A DNA stretch of 62,110 bases, counting the filler, from Basidioascus undulatus (lineage: Eukaryota): the NCBI GenBank assembly GCA_000826855.1. It is 8 parts of 8 records of this genome, joined end to end, with 100 filler letters (N's around TTAATTAATTAA, not from the genome) between each part and the next. Parts side by side here need not be neighbours in the genome. Positions count along the whole stretch, not along the records: positions 34,587 to 39,098 come from JTLS01002135.1; positions 39,199 to 43,708 come from JTLS01002136.1; positions 43,809 to 48,316 come from JTLS01002137.1; 5 more parts are not named here. One strand, given 5' to 3'. Of this stretch, positions 34,943-48,416 are shown in pieces. The notes below the pieces were generated by a model. It saw only the letters and a program-made list of their open reading frames with translations, had not been told where the DNA came from and did not search any database. Each line of letters opens with the position of its first letter. The stretch's first letter is position 1. The position numbers were made by a program, and so were the translations under genes.

Positions 34943-35978
34943 ATGCGCTATTACCGCAACAAGTACCCGGAGGTCGACGAGCTGGCCATGGTCCAGGTCC
35001 TCCAGATCGCAGAGATGGGCGCATACGTCAAGCTCGTGCGTCCGAGGCTCCGACCGCGGAGGGAGTGCTGGGAGTGAGGAAGGGATGTGGGAAGGGGAGC
35101 TGACTGGAAATTGGGATGGTGGTGGTGGTGCAGCTCGAGTACGACGGGATCGAGGGCATGATCCTCCTCTCCGAGCTCTCCCGGCGGCGTATCCGGAGTA
35201 TTCAGAAGCTAATTCGCGTGGGGCGGAACGAGGTCGTGGTTGTCCTGCGTGTGGATAAGGAGAAGGGTGAGTCGTCTTCTTTCGCCCCATTCCGGGTAGT
35301 TTGTAGGGGCTGACGGACGGACACGGCGCCCAGGCTACATCGACCTGTCCAAGCGCCGGGTGTCGCCCGAGGACGTGATCAAGTGCGAGGAAAAGTACAA
35401 CAAGTCCAAGGCCGTGCACTCGATCATGCGTCACGTTGCCGAGAAGCAGCAGTCCGACCTTGAGGAGCTGTACAACCGCATCGCCTGGCCTCTGCAGGAC
35501 AAGTACGGCCACGCGTACGACGCATTCAAGCTCTCCATCACGTTCGTCGTCCTCCCCCTCTCCTCCCCGCCTCCCCAACTGTCTACCTTTGGAATGAGGG
35601 GTGGCCGCTAACTCTAGGAATGCGCGCAGCGAGCCGGATGTCTTCGACGGGATGGGTCTGGACGCCTCCACGCTCTCCGAGCTGCGGTCCAACATCTCGC
35701 GCCGCCTCACCCCGCAGCCGGTCAAGATCCGCGCGGACCTGGAGGTGACGTGCTTCGGGTACGAGGGCATCGAGGCGATCAAGGCCGCGCTCAAGGCGGG
35801 CGAGGCGCTTCAGACCGAGGCGATCCCGATTAAGATCAAGCTCGTCGCGCCGCCACTGTACGTCGTCACGACCAACTCGACGGACAAGACGGGCGGGATC
35901 GCGCTGCTGGAGAAGGCGATCGAGACGATTGAGGGGACAATCAGGGAAAAGGGAGGGGAGATCAACATCAAGATGAAG
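34943..35978 (+). CDS. SUI2: Translation initiation factor eIF2-alpha, 4 exons, final exon absent
   Basis: [64 protein letters not shown] (Ser51 loop)/YIDLSKRRV.../[28 protein letters not shown]...[10 protein letters not shown]...NIKMK then donor GTGCGT at 35979. Confidence 0.96.
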
Positions 35979-36155
35979 GTGCGTTTTCCGTGCCCTATCG
36001 CTTTCCACCCAACCTCTCGTCCCTCTTCTGCCGTCCTCCCCCTCCTCCTCCCCTCCTGCCACCTCCCTTCATCCACCTCCTGCTCTCGTCTCTCACCTCC
36101 CTTTCTCCGTCCGCCAAGCCTCCACCAAGCCTCCCACTAACTCCACCCCTCACAG

Positions 36156-37214
36156 GCTGGGAAAAAGTCGCCGCGCACCGGTCCGCCGCCTCCTCGCCAC
36201 CTTCTTTCTCCCTTCTTCCCTCTGACCCCCCTCTCCACCTCAAAAGCCTCCCCCAAATCCAACGCAACACAGGCTTCATTTCCTTGGGGCCGTATTACAA
36301 CGCGACGTGCGAGACGTGGGTCCCCTCTTTCTCCCCTTACTCCCTCTTCCTTTATGCTCCGAATCCCCCTCCATACTAATTCGGACACCCGCCACCAAAA
36401 GCGAGCATCGTTCCCCCGGCGACGACTTTACGATCCCCCGCATCCGAGATATTTGGGAAGGTCCGTTCCTTCTTTCCTTCTCCCTCTCCCTCCTTACCCT
36501 CCCCTCCTTCCCTCCTCCCCCCGTCACTCTCCCCGTCCTCCCGGTCCTCCTCCTCTACTCCTCCTCTCCTCCATAATTTCCCTCGCTCTTTCCGCTTTCC
36601 CTATGTTCGGGATAGTTGAGCCTCGCACTCACAGAGTTCCACCCCACCGAACCCTGCGAGTCCAACCTCCGTGCCATCACCTGGGCGGGGCAGTTCGCCG
36701 CGTCCCGCTCGCGGATACGCATGAACAGCGTCGAGAAGTATGAGTGGGTGATGGGCCTGCTGGAGGTGCGTTTGCGTTTTTTCCTTTCTCTTTCTCTTCC
36801 CAGCAGGAAAAGGCTGATAAGGTGATGTGGTGTAGGCGCCCAAGGGAGACGCGATTTACAAGGAGGGCGGGACACGGAACGCCCCGTGGTTCGGGCACTC
36901 TGTGCGTTTCTTTCTCCTCCCCCTCCCTTTCGCCCCCTCTTCCTTTCTCTTCTCTTAAACGCCTTCCTCCCCGCGCAGCTGGAGCGCAGCTGGCCAGCGA
37001 TCATGCACTGTCCGTCCTTCCTCCCTTCCATCCTTCGTCCTCTGTCCGTTCCCAAAGAAAGCGAGCTGACGCCTCGCACGCAGGCTCCGAACCCCGCCTC
37101 GGCCTCTGCCGGTATACGACCGACGACCCGGCGCTGTGCGCGTGTGCGGATGAGGAGGAGGAGTCGCAGGGGAGCCGGTTAATTAGAGGTGGGAGGGCTT
37201 GGTGGGGCGCTTGA
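36156..37214 (+). CDS. 3' half of a DUF3431-like protein, multi-exon, 5' part absent
   Basis: Spliced reading WEKVAAHR/LPQIQRNTGFISLGPYY.../IPRIRDIWE/...WAGQFAASRSRIRMNSVEKYEWVMGLLE/APKGD...WFGHS/LERSWPAIMH/C...GAWWGA-like end with TGA at 37214. QFAxSRxRI and GHxLERxW are recalled DUF3431 motifs. Confidence 0.65.
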
Positions 37215-38266
37215 GGTGTTTTTTCTATTGAGATTTAGAAGAGGATGGGCCATGGACGATGCTTACTGTTGTTGTTCGTTATGGGGCGGTGTGCGCTGTG
37301 CAGTGTGCGGGTGATGTGTGAGGGGAGGGCGTAACTAAGGAGGAATACCGAATGAAGCCAAACAGTTGCAGGATCAGGCACGCAGGATGGCCATTGCCAC
37401 TGTGCCTCCAGAAGCTTTCGGGCCTGACTCATCAGCCTGCAGCAACTCCAGTTGCCCGACGTTGTCACACCGCTTCAGCCTTCTCGAACACAGTCATCAC
37501 GCAACGCGCTTTCGCCATCCTCGACTCTCTCCCGAAAAGAAACCATCGTCGTCGTCGCGCGTGTCTCCGCCGCTTCCATGCATGTGGCGGTCCACCTTCC
37601 ACGTCCGCTCGCCCTCGCGCGATAGCACATGGTTTTCGGCGTCCGCATCGCCTGTCGTTGGCGCGTGTTCCCCCGACAGCGCAAGGGACACACCACCGAG
37701 TGTCCCGACAACTTTTTATATTTTTCTCGGCCGTCCGGTAATAGCAGGCGTATTATGCAGTGGCACTGTGGCAGTGCATAGCCTTCGGGTAAATTGACCA
37801 GGGACAAAGGCCCGCGTTAATTTTGCACCCTTCGAAGAGTCGCACCGGCGCCGGCTTCCACGTCGGTTGCGGAGCGGTGTTCGCTGTTCAATCTCTCCAG
37901 ACAACACTAAAAGACCACCTGCGACTGCTCAGAAAGTGAAGGAAGATATAGACACTTGAGTACTTGATTTCGAGTGGCTAAATGAAAGCGCAATGAAACG
38001 TGCTCGTCGTTGGTGTGCGCCTCGCCTCGGACCGGCGACTGGACTGGCAGTCGCGCACTCGCGCGTGCCCTCCGGCCTGCCGAGCTTCTGGTCTCGAGCC
38101 TCGCCTGTCTTGTGTTTCCAACGGACGCTCGCGTTGGCTTGCCTCTTGCTTTTCACCACCATCATCCCCCTCTCCATTCCCCCGAGCTCCCGGGCCCGTA
38201 TATTCCTTATCGTCCAGGATTCTTGTCCATAATCCATCCTCTGCACCCACCCGCCAATACACGCCC

Positions 38267-38986
38267 ATGCCCTCCCCGCTCATGTCCCCCCCGCCGTACG
38301 GGGGCAGCATCCGCTTCACGCTCGACCCGTCCCCGCGCCTGCCGCGCCTAGCGTCCGACAACCTCCTCTGCGCGCTGCACCGCTTCCTCGAGACACTCGA
38401 CCGCGCCTCCGCGACGCTCGCGATCCTCCCCGCGCCCTCCCCCTCCGCACAGCGCCTCCAGCTCGCCCTCCTCGCCATCCAACACGTCTTCCGGCCCCTC
38501 CCCGCACGCGTCGCGGACGCCGGCGACGCGGCGTTCTCGAAGGACAAGACGACCAACTTGATTGGCGTGCTAGAGCAGCTTAGTGCTGCCGTGGAAGCGG
38601 CGGTCGAGAGCCCTGACGGGAAGCACAAGGACAGCTGCTCCAGCAGCGTGGCGCTGGGGGTCCAGGGGTTCTTGCGGGTGCTCGGAAGGGAGGCCGGAGA
38701 GGAGGAAGAGGAGGGACGGGTGGAAGTCCGTACGGACTTGCTCGATCACGGGCTCGCCAGGTGCTTGGCCCCGCTGGGAGCGTATGTCGGGTTCGAGGAC
38801 GAGCATGGGCGGTGGCTGAATGGTGCGTTGCTCTCTTCCTCTTGCTTCTCGTTTATTGCTCACCCGATGAGGAGGACGCCCGGAACAGACGACATCAATA
38901 CCCTCTTCCTCGGCGGCACACCAACACACATCCACGACCGCGTCCTCGCCCGCATTGGACCCTTCGTCTCGCCGCTCGCGACTCCG
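38267..38986 (+). CDS. Hypothetical protein, 5' exons (truncated at spacer)
   Basis: Long GC-rich ORF MPSPLMSPPPYGGSIRFTLDPSP..., intron about 38823-38889, donor GTGCGC at 38987. No family recognised. Confidence 0.65.
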
Positions 38987-39098
38987 GTGCGCCTCCCTCC
39001 CTCCCCCCTTGCCTCATTCCCCCCATCTCACATTCCTCCCTCTCTATCCCCACCCTCCTCTTCCCCTCCACCTCCTCTCCCACCTCACCCACCTCACT

Positions 39099-39198
39099 NN
39101 NNNNNNNNNNNNNNNNNNNNNNNNNNNNNNNNNNNNNNNNNNTTAATTAATTAANNNNNNNNNNNNNNNNNNNNNNNNNNNNNNNNNNNNNNNNNNNN
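39099..39198. other. Artificial contig spacer
   Basis: 44 N + TTAATTAATTAA + 44 N. Confidence 0.98.
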
Positions 39199-42100
39199 AG
39201 TGCCATACCTACCGTCAATCTCGTAAGCCAACTGAAAACTTCTCCTTCTCTACAAAAGTCTTGCAGTGCACGGCAGGTAGGATATTTCTGCTTCTCTTTG
39301 GAAAGTTATCCACGAGACAGGGCGGCAGCGAGAGGCGTTCCAGGTCGGCAGCGTCGGAGACCTTCCAGTAAAGGGAAGGATTGCGGGGAAGCTCGAGCGT
39401 AGTCCTTCTATAATCCAGCTATCAGGATCGGACCAACATCCGTGCAAGGAGATGAGCTGACTGACGAGGAAGGCAAGACGCCGGGAGTCGCCTGACATGG
39501 GAAGCCCGGAAAGATAAGCAGCAGATCTTGTCGAGATTGTATCGCGACGCCGGCGTGCAGCGACCGTTGGCTGAAAGCGGTACATGTCCCACGTAAGCCA
39601 CGTGTGTACGAACGTCGCTTGAAGCGTGAAGTCGGGCGGTGTCGGTAGGCCAGCGCGTGCTCAAACTGTTGCAGGTCTACCAATCGGAAGGCGATGCTCA
39701 CAGGCCTTTACACCAAGTCGAGACTTGATCGCTTTGCGCGCGGACCGCTCCGATTGAACGAATGGCAGAAACGAAATGCGATCGACGGGGCCTTCCGGCA
39801 GTGAAGTGGCCCGGCTGCGAAGCGCTGCTGGCAAGGCCTCGTCCGCTCATGCGAGACTCGAAAGGAACGAGCGGACGTTTACGGCCGCAATGCCGCGTTA
39901 CTGTGAGTATTAGCATGCCCGAGAGAGAATTGCGAGAAAGCGAAGGAGAAAGACGGAAACAACGCACACGCCCAAAGGACGTCGTTTAAGCCCGAAAGCA
40001 GGAAATAGTGGAATCTGAGCTCCGATATGGCTAAAGTGAGCTGCCTTTATCATCATTTCTATCTATTGCAATAAATACAAGTTTGGATACACAACGGTGG
40101 AGCCTTTCAAGATGAGAAGAAAGCACAGTCAAGGTGTTTCCCAGTTCGAAGCGACATGTCACAGTCTCGGAGCTTCCGCCGTGCATGCGTCCTTCGCAGC
40201 TCTCGCACTCATACATTCTTAGTCCCCGGCACAAAATTTTTGTAGGCGCTTCTCAAATTGTGCTGTACACCCCCGAAAGTCGAGTTCAGTCCCGGCGTCC
40301 CAGTAGACTTCGCACCTGCAAGGGAGTGAGCGTTTTGCATGACAAGCTCCAGCCTGAACTATGCCCATCCACTTCGCCGAAGACTTATCCCTGTTCTCTG
40401 GGTATAATTATTCTGCCTTGCAATATCTCCCTATTGGCAAATACCCAAGAGACGTTGAGCGGGGCATTGCAACAAGTCTTGAAAGCCGGCATTACTGTAC
40501 CTGCGAGCGAGGTGTGCGCCACGGCCCGTGCCACCCTCACCCGAGACGATACGAGAGAGGCTGCTTGTCCATGTCATCCCACTACATGTAAACTTTAGAG
40601 AGTGAAACGATACGTGATAAGCGATTCTGTCCCACTGGTCAACTCGTCCCTATCCGCGTCATCTCGTTGCGAAGATCAGCAGCAGGCCGCCGTATGGCCT
40701 CTTCACCCTTCCATTTCGCCCTCTCCTCCGTCTCCACTCGAGAATTAGGCTTGGTACAATTCTGTGGACCTCCCATAGAGAGAGTGCTCAACACGAGATG
40801 GGTTGACACGAGTCGCCAGCAGTCTGAAATGGCTGCGGGCCGCTGCATCTTCACCCCTACCTCCTCGCCTCTTTGTCCACTCCACCTTCCGCTCCCTATC
40901 ATCCCAAAATACAAAGCCCCTTGAGAAATGTTTGTGCACCCCTCTTTATCGGCTTACGCAAGAAGCGCGAACGCCCCTCGCAGATGCACAACCTGAGACG
41001 TCGACGGCCCGTCGCGTGTCCGTCTCAATGCCCCGTGCCCACCTCTTCGGATCTCACCGCATGGCCTCACCTCCTCTGTAGCTCTACTTTTTTCTATGGC
41101 GACCCCCAGCACTCGACAGTGCTTCTGATCATCCAGCGCCGAGACCCGAAGAGGCACCCGCTGATCTTTTCTTCGCCGTTCCCCTTTCCGTGGCTCATCA
41201 ACCCTCTCCCTGACGCAGTGCCCTTGTGACCCTCATAGGATTGAAAATTTCCAAGAAGGTGGATCTGGACATGAATGAGGGAGACACACGCAGGCATGCA
41301 CGCCGATACACAGCAGACGCATGCGCTCATTTGCAACAGCTGCTCTCCTGCCCTTTGTCGCCTCGAGTCTGGCTTGGCCGAAAGATAGTCAATTCACGCA
41401 ATTGCGCCTCATAAACTTTCACCAACCACCTGCCGCTAAGCGTCCACCCTCTGCCGGTCCGGCACGAACAAGATAACCCCCGCCCTCGTGGCTGACTAAC
41501 TCTCCGAGAAGAAAGAAGAACGCCGAAGCCACGCGGAGTCCGACAGAGCGTTTCGATCCTTTTGTCCGACTGCCCTCGTAGCTTCATTTGTCGCGGTGTG
41601 AGGAGGCTCAGGCTTTGGTTGATCTGCGAGGAAGTTTGAAAGATCTCGCATATGCAGCAGTCTGAGGGAGATCGGAGGGCTCTTACGCGCTACAGTAAAC
41701 TTTTGGGTGCTCTGATGATTTCAGGCGCCAGCTGCGATCCAAGTCATACGAGTTTCCGGTTCGTCTTCTTCGCAACACCAAGGGCAGGGCAAACTGCAGG
41801 CACGCCTTGTGGCGCATATATCCACGGTTGGGGTTCACGCAATTGCCGTTGCTTCGTTTGACTGCCTCGTGAGGTGTATTCTGAGCTTTCCCCGCTTCCC
41901 ATCCTGCTGGGTCAGGACAGGCCACGGCAGACACGTTACACCCGCTTCGCGTCCGCACCCCTCCTCCCGTTGTGTGACTGCGGTGCATGAGGCTCTTGTG
42001 CTCGGGGCCTTTGATGATATGCATTCCGGAACTCACTCCCCGCTCCTCATTTGACCGAACGAATCCTGCCGGTGACTCCGTCGGACGGAGAGTTTGCGTC

Positions 42101-42645
42101 AGTGGAGAGACGGTCAAGGAGATCAAAAACGAGGCTCGGGAAGATGAACGCTATCCATATCTGTTTGGACGCCCGTGAAGGCAATTCAGGATCTTTTCAG
42201 CGCAATGGCAGTACAGATAGCGAGACCTCCTTCTCAACACCGAAAACGAGGCACTTTGAGGCACTGTACGACGATGAGGAGAAAGATAAAAACGAAGGAA
42301 CGAAACGGTAGTCTCAGAAATAGGTAGAGCCGGGCTATTGGCGCGCTGACAAATTTCTTAGTGGGCAATTCGCGCGGCACGCACCTTGCCCTCCTCCATC
42401 GCAGTCCGGGAGCCTGAAGCACAGGCGTCGCAGATCCCGTTCAAGCAAGGCACCGAGCCGCCCAAACAGCCGTCCATCGCAGATATATCACCCCCAGGTA
42501 CATTCCCATTCCCCGCTTTTCTCCCTCTTTCCTCCCAACAGTCATCATCATCACAGTCAGCTTACGCCCATTGCCTCTGCCCCACCCCCGCCCGCGATCC
42601 GAAATGCCATTCACATTCACACAGCACACGCCGCGAGGACTCATC

Positions 42646-43708
42646 ATGTCCCAGTCCCCGACCCTCCCTTCCACCGTGCCCTCCTTCCCGCAGCTCCCGC
42701 CCATCGGCCAGCCCGTGTCCCATGCGCGCGACGCAGAACACACGTCCACACCGGACGACTCCTCCATCCGCGGGCTCCACAGCCTCGCCTACGGTTGAGT
42801 CCCCATTTCCCCGGTCTCGCCCCATTCCCATCTGACAGGTCATCTCTCCAAAACGCAGGTGCATTCGATCCCCAGAACGTCCAGAACATCCTCTCCCTCG
42901 CCGCCGCCGCCCAGTCCCAGTCCCAGCCCCAGTCCCAGACGTCCTCCCCCGAGCCGTCCGCCTCCGCGAACAAGAAGCGCAAGACCGCCGGGGGTGACAC
43001 TAGCGCGGGCGAGGGCAGCACGGGCGATGATGCTGCCGGGTCGCCCGTCGAGGTCGGGAAGACGGGCCGGCCGCTGAGCAACACGAAGCGGGCGCAGCAG
43101 AACCGGGCGGCGCAGAGGGCGTTCAGGGAGAGGAGGGACAAGTGAGTACTCCTTCATCTATCGCTGTGTCCGCTCTGTGCTGGGTGCCTGCATGGAGGAG
43201 GGAACGACGTTGATGGGAAAGTGCAAGCCGTCGGCGGGCTCGCCGTCTACCTCCTCGCCGGGACATCCTTACATAACCCTGACTCAGCATGTCTTCACGA
43301 AACGCCTAACGCACTCTTCCTTTCACCAAAAACACAAACATTTTTCTCGTTTCAGTGCACTGCGATATTGACCCACTCCCCTTCCCCGCGTCTGCAGGCA
43401 CATCAAAGAGCTCGAGGAGAAGGCCAAGCTGCTCGAAACCGCCCTGGCGTCGTGCGTCTTCCCCCCTCCCTCCTTTCCCCTTTTCGTCTCAAACTCCTTT
43501 GTCTACTTTCCTCTTTGTCCATAAAGCTAACCTTTCCTTTACCCCCTTTCCGCATCTTGCCCCAACCAGCGCGCAAGACCTCCAGCGCAAGCTCGAAGAC
43601 GCGCAAACGGAGATCCATGCCCTGCGCGCGGAGAACCTCGCGCTCCGGCACGCCCCCGCGTCCGATAGCAGCGGGAACCCCAACCCTTCCCCACCCGCCC
43701 CCGCCGCC
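42646..43708 (+). CDS. Yap/KapC-type bZIP transcription factor, 3' end truncated by spacer
   Basis: Basic region GRPLSNTKRAQQNRAAQRAFRERRDK (NxxAQxxFR Yap signature), then zipper HIKELEEKAKLLETALAS/AQDLQRKLEDAQTEIHALRAENLALR across introns. Confidence 0.88.
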
Positions 43709-43808
43709 NNNNNNNNNNNNNNNNNNNNNNNNNNNNNNNNNNNNNNNNNNNNTTAATTAATTAANNNNNNNNNNNNNNNNNNNNNNNNNNNNNNNNNNNN
43801 NNNNNNNN
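43709..43808. other. Artificial contig spacer
   Basis: 44 N + TTAATTAATTAA + 44 N. Confidence 0.98.
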
Positions 43809-46491
43809 TCGCGCTGCTCGGTGGGCGGGAGCGAGGAGGGAGGACGCCTTTTGCTCAAATTGGAATAGACGGATTTCTGCAGCAATTTAGAGCGCACAGT
43901 GCTTGTGCAGACGGAGGGAACGGACGAGAAGCACTGAAAATTTCACGCTTAATAAGCCCGCGGTCTGAGCAGCTCACCGACTCTCGGCTCTTGCTTCTCC
44001 GTGGCTGCTCGCCTTCTCGAACATAGGTACCGCTTCACAAGCTCCGCGGCACGGAACGAACGCGAAGAAAATAAATACGGCGCGTTGCGTCCCCCGTATA
44101 TCGGCAGTTGCGTCCACCGCGTTCGATAGCGGGGCGCTGAACGCTCGCAGCGTGTCTTCAAAGGCGGCTTGCCCTTCGACCCCCGTTCGACCTTCGTCCA
44201 GATCCATTTCTTACACTCCCCGAATTCGCTTGAGCTCATCTGTTTATTGCTCACATCTGTACGAGATAATCGATCGAACTTTGAATATCCTCGTCCTCGA
44301 CTCCCGGGCTCACCGAATCGAGCTCAGGACACTCGGCCTCGTCGGCACTCCCCTCATATCGACAGGCGTCCTTCACGCTCATACAATCTTTTTGGTCTTT
44401 CCCCCGGCTTATAGGCTCCCAAGATGCCGACCAAGGGCAAGCGCCCCACCCCCCGCTCGGCTCGCGCGCCCGCCTGATCGTCCTGTCAGACTCGAGCTCG
44501 AACGCGAGCTCGGAGGAGAGCCAGAGCGACTCGGACGACGAGGTGGTAATAATCTCATTTTCCAGGGTGGGCGTTCTTCCGTTCTTCTTATTCTAATACT
44601 TTGAGGATCCAATCTGTGCACTTGTAAGATTCGTTCAGCTCCTTTCTGGCACTAAACAAAAGCATGTCCGTAGCGCCACCTTGCACGAGTGACTTGCACC
44701 GGCAACCCAGCAGCAGTGAGCTCGTGCACATTTGTGAGACTTCAAACCACGGCGTCATCCTATACTCCGGCTCAAAGCCCTGAATCCAATGAGCATGTTC
44801 TTCGTGATTACGCCTGAGGGCAAGAACGAGGCAGACAGCTTGGGCGGAAGCGTGAAACCCGCCGTCGGACCGTCGTTCAACATGCCTGGTCATTCGCGTA
44901 AAAAGTTGCGGTGAAGTGAAAACAAAGGTCTGAGTCGTCAATTGGTAGATAGTACTATGTATCCGCACCTAAAAACTCCTGCAGGTTGATGTGCACGGTT
45001 CAGCGCTACCGGCATACAAGCTATGATCGCGGAAGCACTGCGGTATGAAGTCGACCCGTGTGTCCTGCCCTGCCTCATGTCGACGACTGTAGATAGGAAG
45101 CTCTGCAGTATCTGGACTTCCTTATCAATAATCACTCCATGACTCTCCCCAAGTACTCGGCTGCATCAGCTTTCACGGCCGCATCTCCCCAGTCATGCAC
45201 GGTGTCTTACATGCTCGAGCCAGCACGCTGCCACAGCCTGTGCCCAAGAGCCCCAAACGTAGCGCTTTTGTCACCTCAGCAGTTTCAGTATTGTCACCTC
45301 TAGCTGAATATCTTACTTTGGATTTGTCTAGGCGGTGCTGGGAATTGTGCTGCGGTGGGCTCACGGCTACTTACCGGAACGAGTGCATTTCCGGACAGTC
45401 ATAAACAGCTACGAGACCGTGTTTCCCTTAATTAGAGAATGGTACTCTAATCGAAGATATCAGTAGTGCTGTTTTGAGGTCTTTTGATGTACGTGGTTAA
45501 GGGTTCTTGGGAAGCCGGTCATAGTGAACGCACAGGTTGCTGGCCAGTCTTTGCGTCTTCTTTGTCTCATCTGAGTGAATGGAAGCCTTGCGCCCGCCAA
45601 ATTGCTAGAATGTGTAAACGACTGTTTATCAGTTTCACCCAAGCAGCATGTGCCAAGTTTTACGAATGAATGTTCTGCGCACTGAAACGGCCGCGGAGAA
45701 CATGTCGCGAAAGGTGCTTCGACAGCCGAAAAAACGCAGTTTATTGAGAAAGGACTGGGTGGTTCTCTACTCTACGGAAGTGTGACGACCCCTTTTCATT
45801 TTATGTGCATTTCCCAATCAGAGAACGTTCATCGCGGGCAGTTGGAATCACCAAGGATCTCCAACCAAGTAGTGCGTAAGCCCGTCGGTTCGTCGCTGAG
45901 CCTGCCACCCTGAGCGCACACACCCCGGTCAGACCACACACAAAGCTGCTATCGTGATGTATAATTCTGTGTTAACGAGAGGGAATCTGACGACAGAGAA
46001 ACCGTAAGAAATGGGCTGTCAGTGTTTGACGCAACAGCGCTGAAAAACAGGCTTTGGTTTGCTCGACGCCAACCGGCCGTCAAGGCAGCTGTCAGCGCCT
46101 GACCGCCACGCTCCTTCTCGCACCATCATCCCCATCCCCTCGCCTTCGCTTGCCCCCGGCGTCTTCTAATTTCAAGGTGCGCATAGCTTCCTCGCATCGT
46201 CCAAAATATTCTGGAGCATCTGGGGTCTCTTTATATCTTCGCTCGGTCTCTCTCGACCTCGTGCGACTCTCCTTTGCCCGTCCTGCGACTTCTCTCGACC
46301 TCGCACTGCACACGCTCGCTTCGCCCGATTCCCTTTTCCTGTCTCCACACAAGCTCTCCCCCCCTTACCAACCACACACCCCTCTTCCCCCATGCACAAC
46401 CCCAGACCTCCCTCGACGCCTTCGAACCCCTTCTCCCGCTCCCCCGTTCCCGCTCGCGAGGCCCCCGCGGAGCGCCAACTGAACCAGAGCC

Positions 46492-48202
46492 ATGTCCGCT
46501 GAAGAAGACCCCACCGTGACCCGCAAGCGCTCGCGCTCCGCCTCCCCCGACCACGGCATCGACAGCAACAAGCGTGCCAAGGATGAGGAGTCCCAGTCCC
46601 AGTCCCCTGCCCCCGCCCAGGCCGACGAGGCCGCGTCCCCAGCCGTGAACGCCGAGGGCGACGCAGCGGAGGGCAGCGCCGCCGAGGGGACGGACAAGGG
46701 CAAGGAACCCGAGTCCAAGCCCAGCACGGCCGGGCAGACCATCTCCATGAGAGCGCTGATCATCACCCAGGACGCGTCCATCATCATCGGCAAGCAGGGC
46801 CGGAACGTCGCCAACATTCGCGAGAAGAGTGGCGCGAAGGTCAACGTGTCCGAGAGCCAGCCGGGCAACCCCGAGCGCAGTGCGTCCGCGTCTCTCCAGT
46901 CCGCGATGCCCGACGTCGAGCTGACCTTTCTTTCAGTCCTCACTGTCAGCGGGTACGTTCTTGTGTCTTCCGGGTCATGCGCGCTGCTGACCGACAGTTG
47001 CTTTCAGTCCTCTCGACGCCGTCTCCAAAGTACGTCTTCTTTTCGAAGGCATTCTGATCGCTGTAGGGCTCAGCTGATGTAGCGGCGGTTCGACTACTTC
47101 CAGGCCTTTGGTCTGATCGTCCGTCAAATCAACGACGAGGACTTCGAGACTCCCTCCGTTCCCGGCTCGCGCGCCGTCACCGTCCGCTTCGTCATCCCCA
47201 ATTCTCGCATGGGCTCCGTGATCGGCAGGCAGGGCGCCAAGATCAGTACGTAGCACCCTCATAGTTTGCGTGCGCATGAAACTGAAAGTGGGGGTTCCGG
47301 TGCAGAGGAGATCCAGGAGGCGAGCGGGGCGAGGCTGAACGCGAGCGAAAGCATGCTGCCGGGGTCGACGGAAGTGCGTCTACACTCATTCCCTTTCCTG
47401 CTCGACTCGGCTGACCCTTCATCTCGCTCTACAGCGTGTTCTGAGCGTCTCGGGGGTGGCGGACGCGGTCCATATCGCGGTGTACTACATCGGTACCATT
47501 TTGTGCGTCCAATTCCCATCTCCCTGCATTTTCATCTCGCTCATTTGCGCTCATCGGACAGGCTCGAGCACGCCGAAAGCCGCGGCTACAACGCTGCGTC
47601 AGCCGGCGGCACCTCCCGCCCGCCGCGCAGCGCCTACGCCGCTCCGCCTGCTCCCTACGGCGCCGCGCCCGCCGCGCCCGCCGCGCCCGCCGCGCCATAC
47701 GGCGGCTATCCCCCGGCCGTGACGCCCGGCATGCAGACGCAGCACATCTTCATCCCGAGCGAATTGGTCGGAGGTGAGCATGGGCGAATAGCTGCGCCGC
47801 GGTGCTTCGCTTATCTCTTTGTGTTCGACAGGTATCATCGGCAAGGGCGGCGCGAAGATCAACGAGGTGAGCGTTCGTTCGGTATCGCACCGTCGCGCTC
47901 GCTACTGAAGGCTGACGAGACTTTCCGAACGCAGATTCGTCAGATGAGCCAGAGCCAGATCAAGATCATGGAGCCCGGCCAGGACGGCCAACCGCCGGGG
48001 TCAACAGCCGAGCGTCTCGTCACCATCACCGGTACGCCGAGCGCGATCCAGATGGCCATCTCCTTGCTGTACCAGGTCCGTCGCGTGCCCATTCTTGCCC
48101 CTCCATCCCGCCTCAGTCGCAGCGAGACTGAACCAGTGCGACGTCCAACAGCGTCTCGAGGCCGAGAAGCAGCGCCAGATCACCGGTGGACGGGTCTTCT
48201 AA
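46492..48202 (+). CDS. Triple-KH RNA-binding protein (Rnc1/Pbp2/Hek2, hnRNP E/K family), multi-exon
   Basis: KH1 ASIIIGKQGRNVANIREKSGAKV, KH2 RMGSVIGRQGAKIKEIQEASGARL, KH3 IIGKGGAKINEIRQMSQSQIKI...ERLVTITG. Microexons 46937-46952 and 47008-47029. TAA at 48200-48202. Confidence 0.92.
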
Positions 48203-48316
48203 GGGTAGCTATTCCGGAAGCCGGGCAGGTGCTGAAGAGGGGGGTGGAGGGAAAGGAGAGAGCGAACACGACGCACCATCATGTGTTTCCGGAACAGGCC
48301 CTCCTTCTTCTCGAGG

Positions 48317-48416
48317 NNNNNNNNNNNNNNNNNNNNNNNNNNNNNNNNNNNNNNNNNNNNTTAATTAATTAANNNNNNNNNNNNNNNNNNNNNNNNNNNN
48401 NNNNNNNNNNNNNNNN
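48317..48416. other. Artificial contig spacer
   Basis: 44 N + TTAATTAATTAA + 44 N. Confidence 0.98.

Noticed and set aside
39199..42400. Many short ORFs upstream of the bZIP gene
   Set aside because: No homology cues or coherent exon structure; treated as intergenic or degenerate.
43809..46400. Short ORFs upstream of the KH gene, including an acidic SSEESQSDSDDE patch near 44500
   Set aside because: Isolated low-complexity patch with no intact reading frame.
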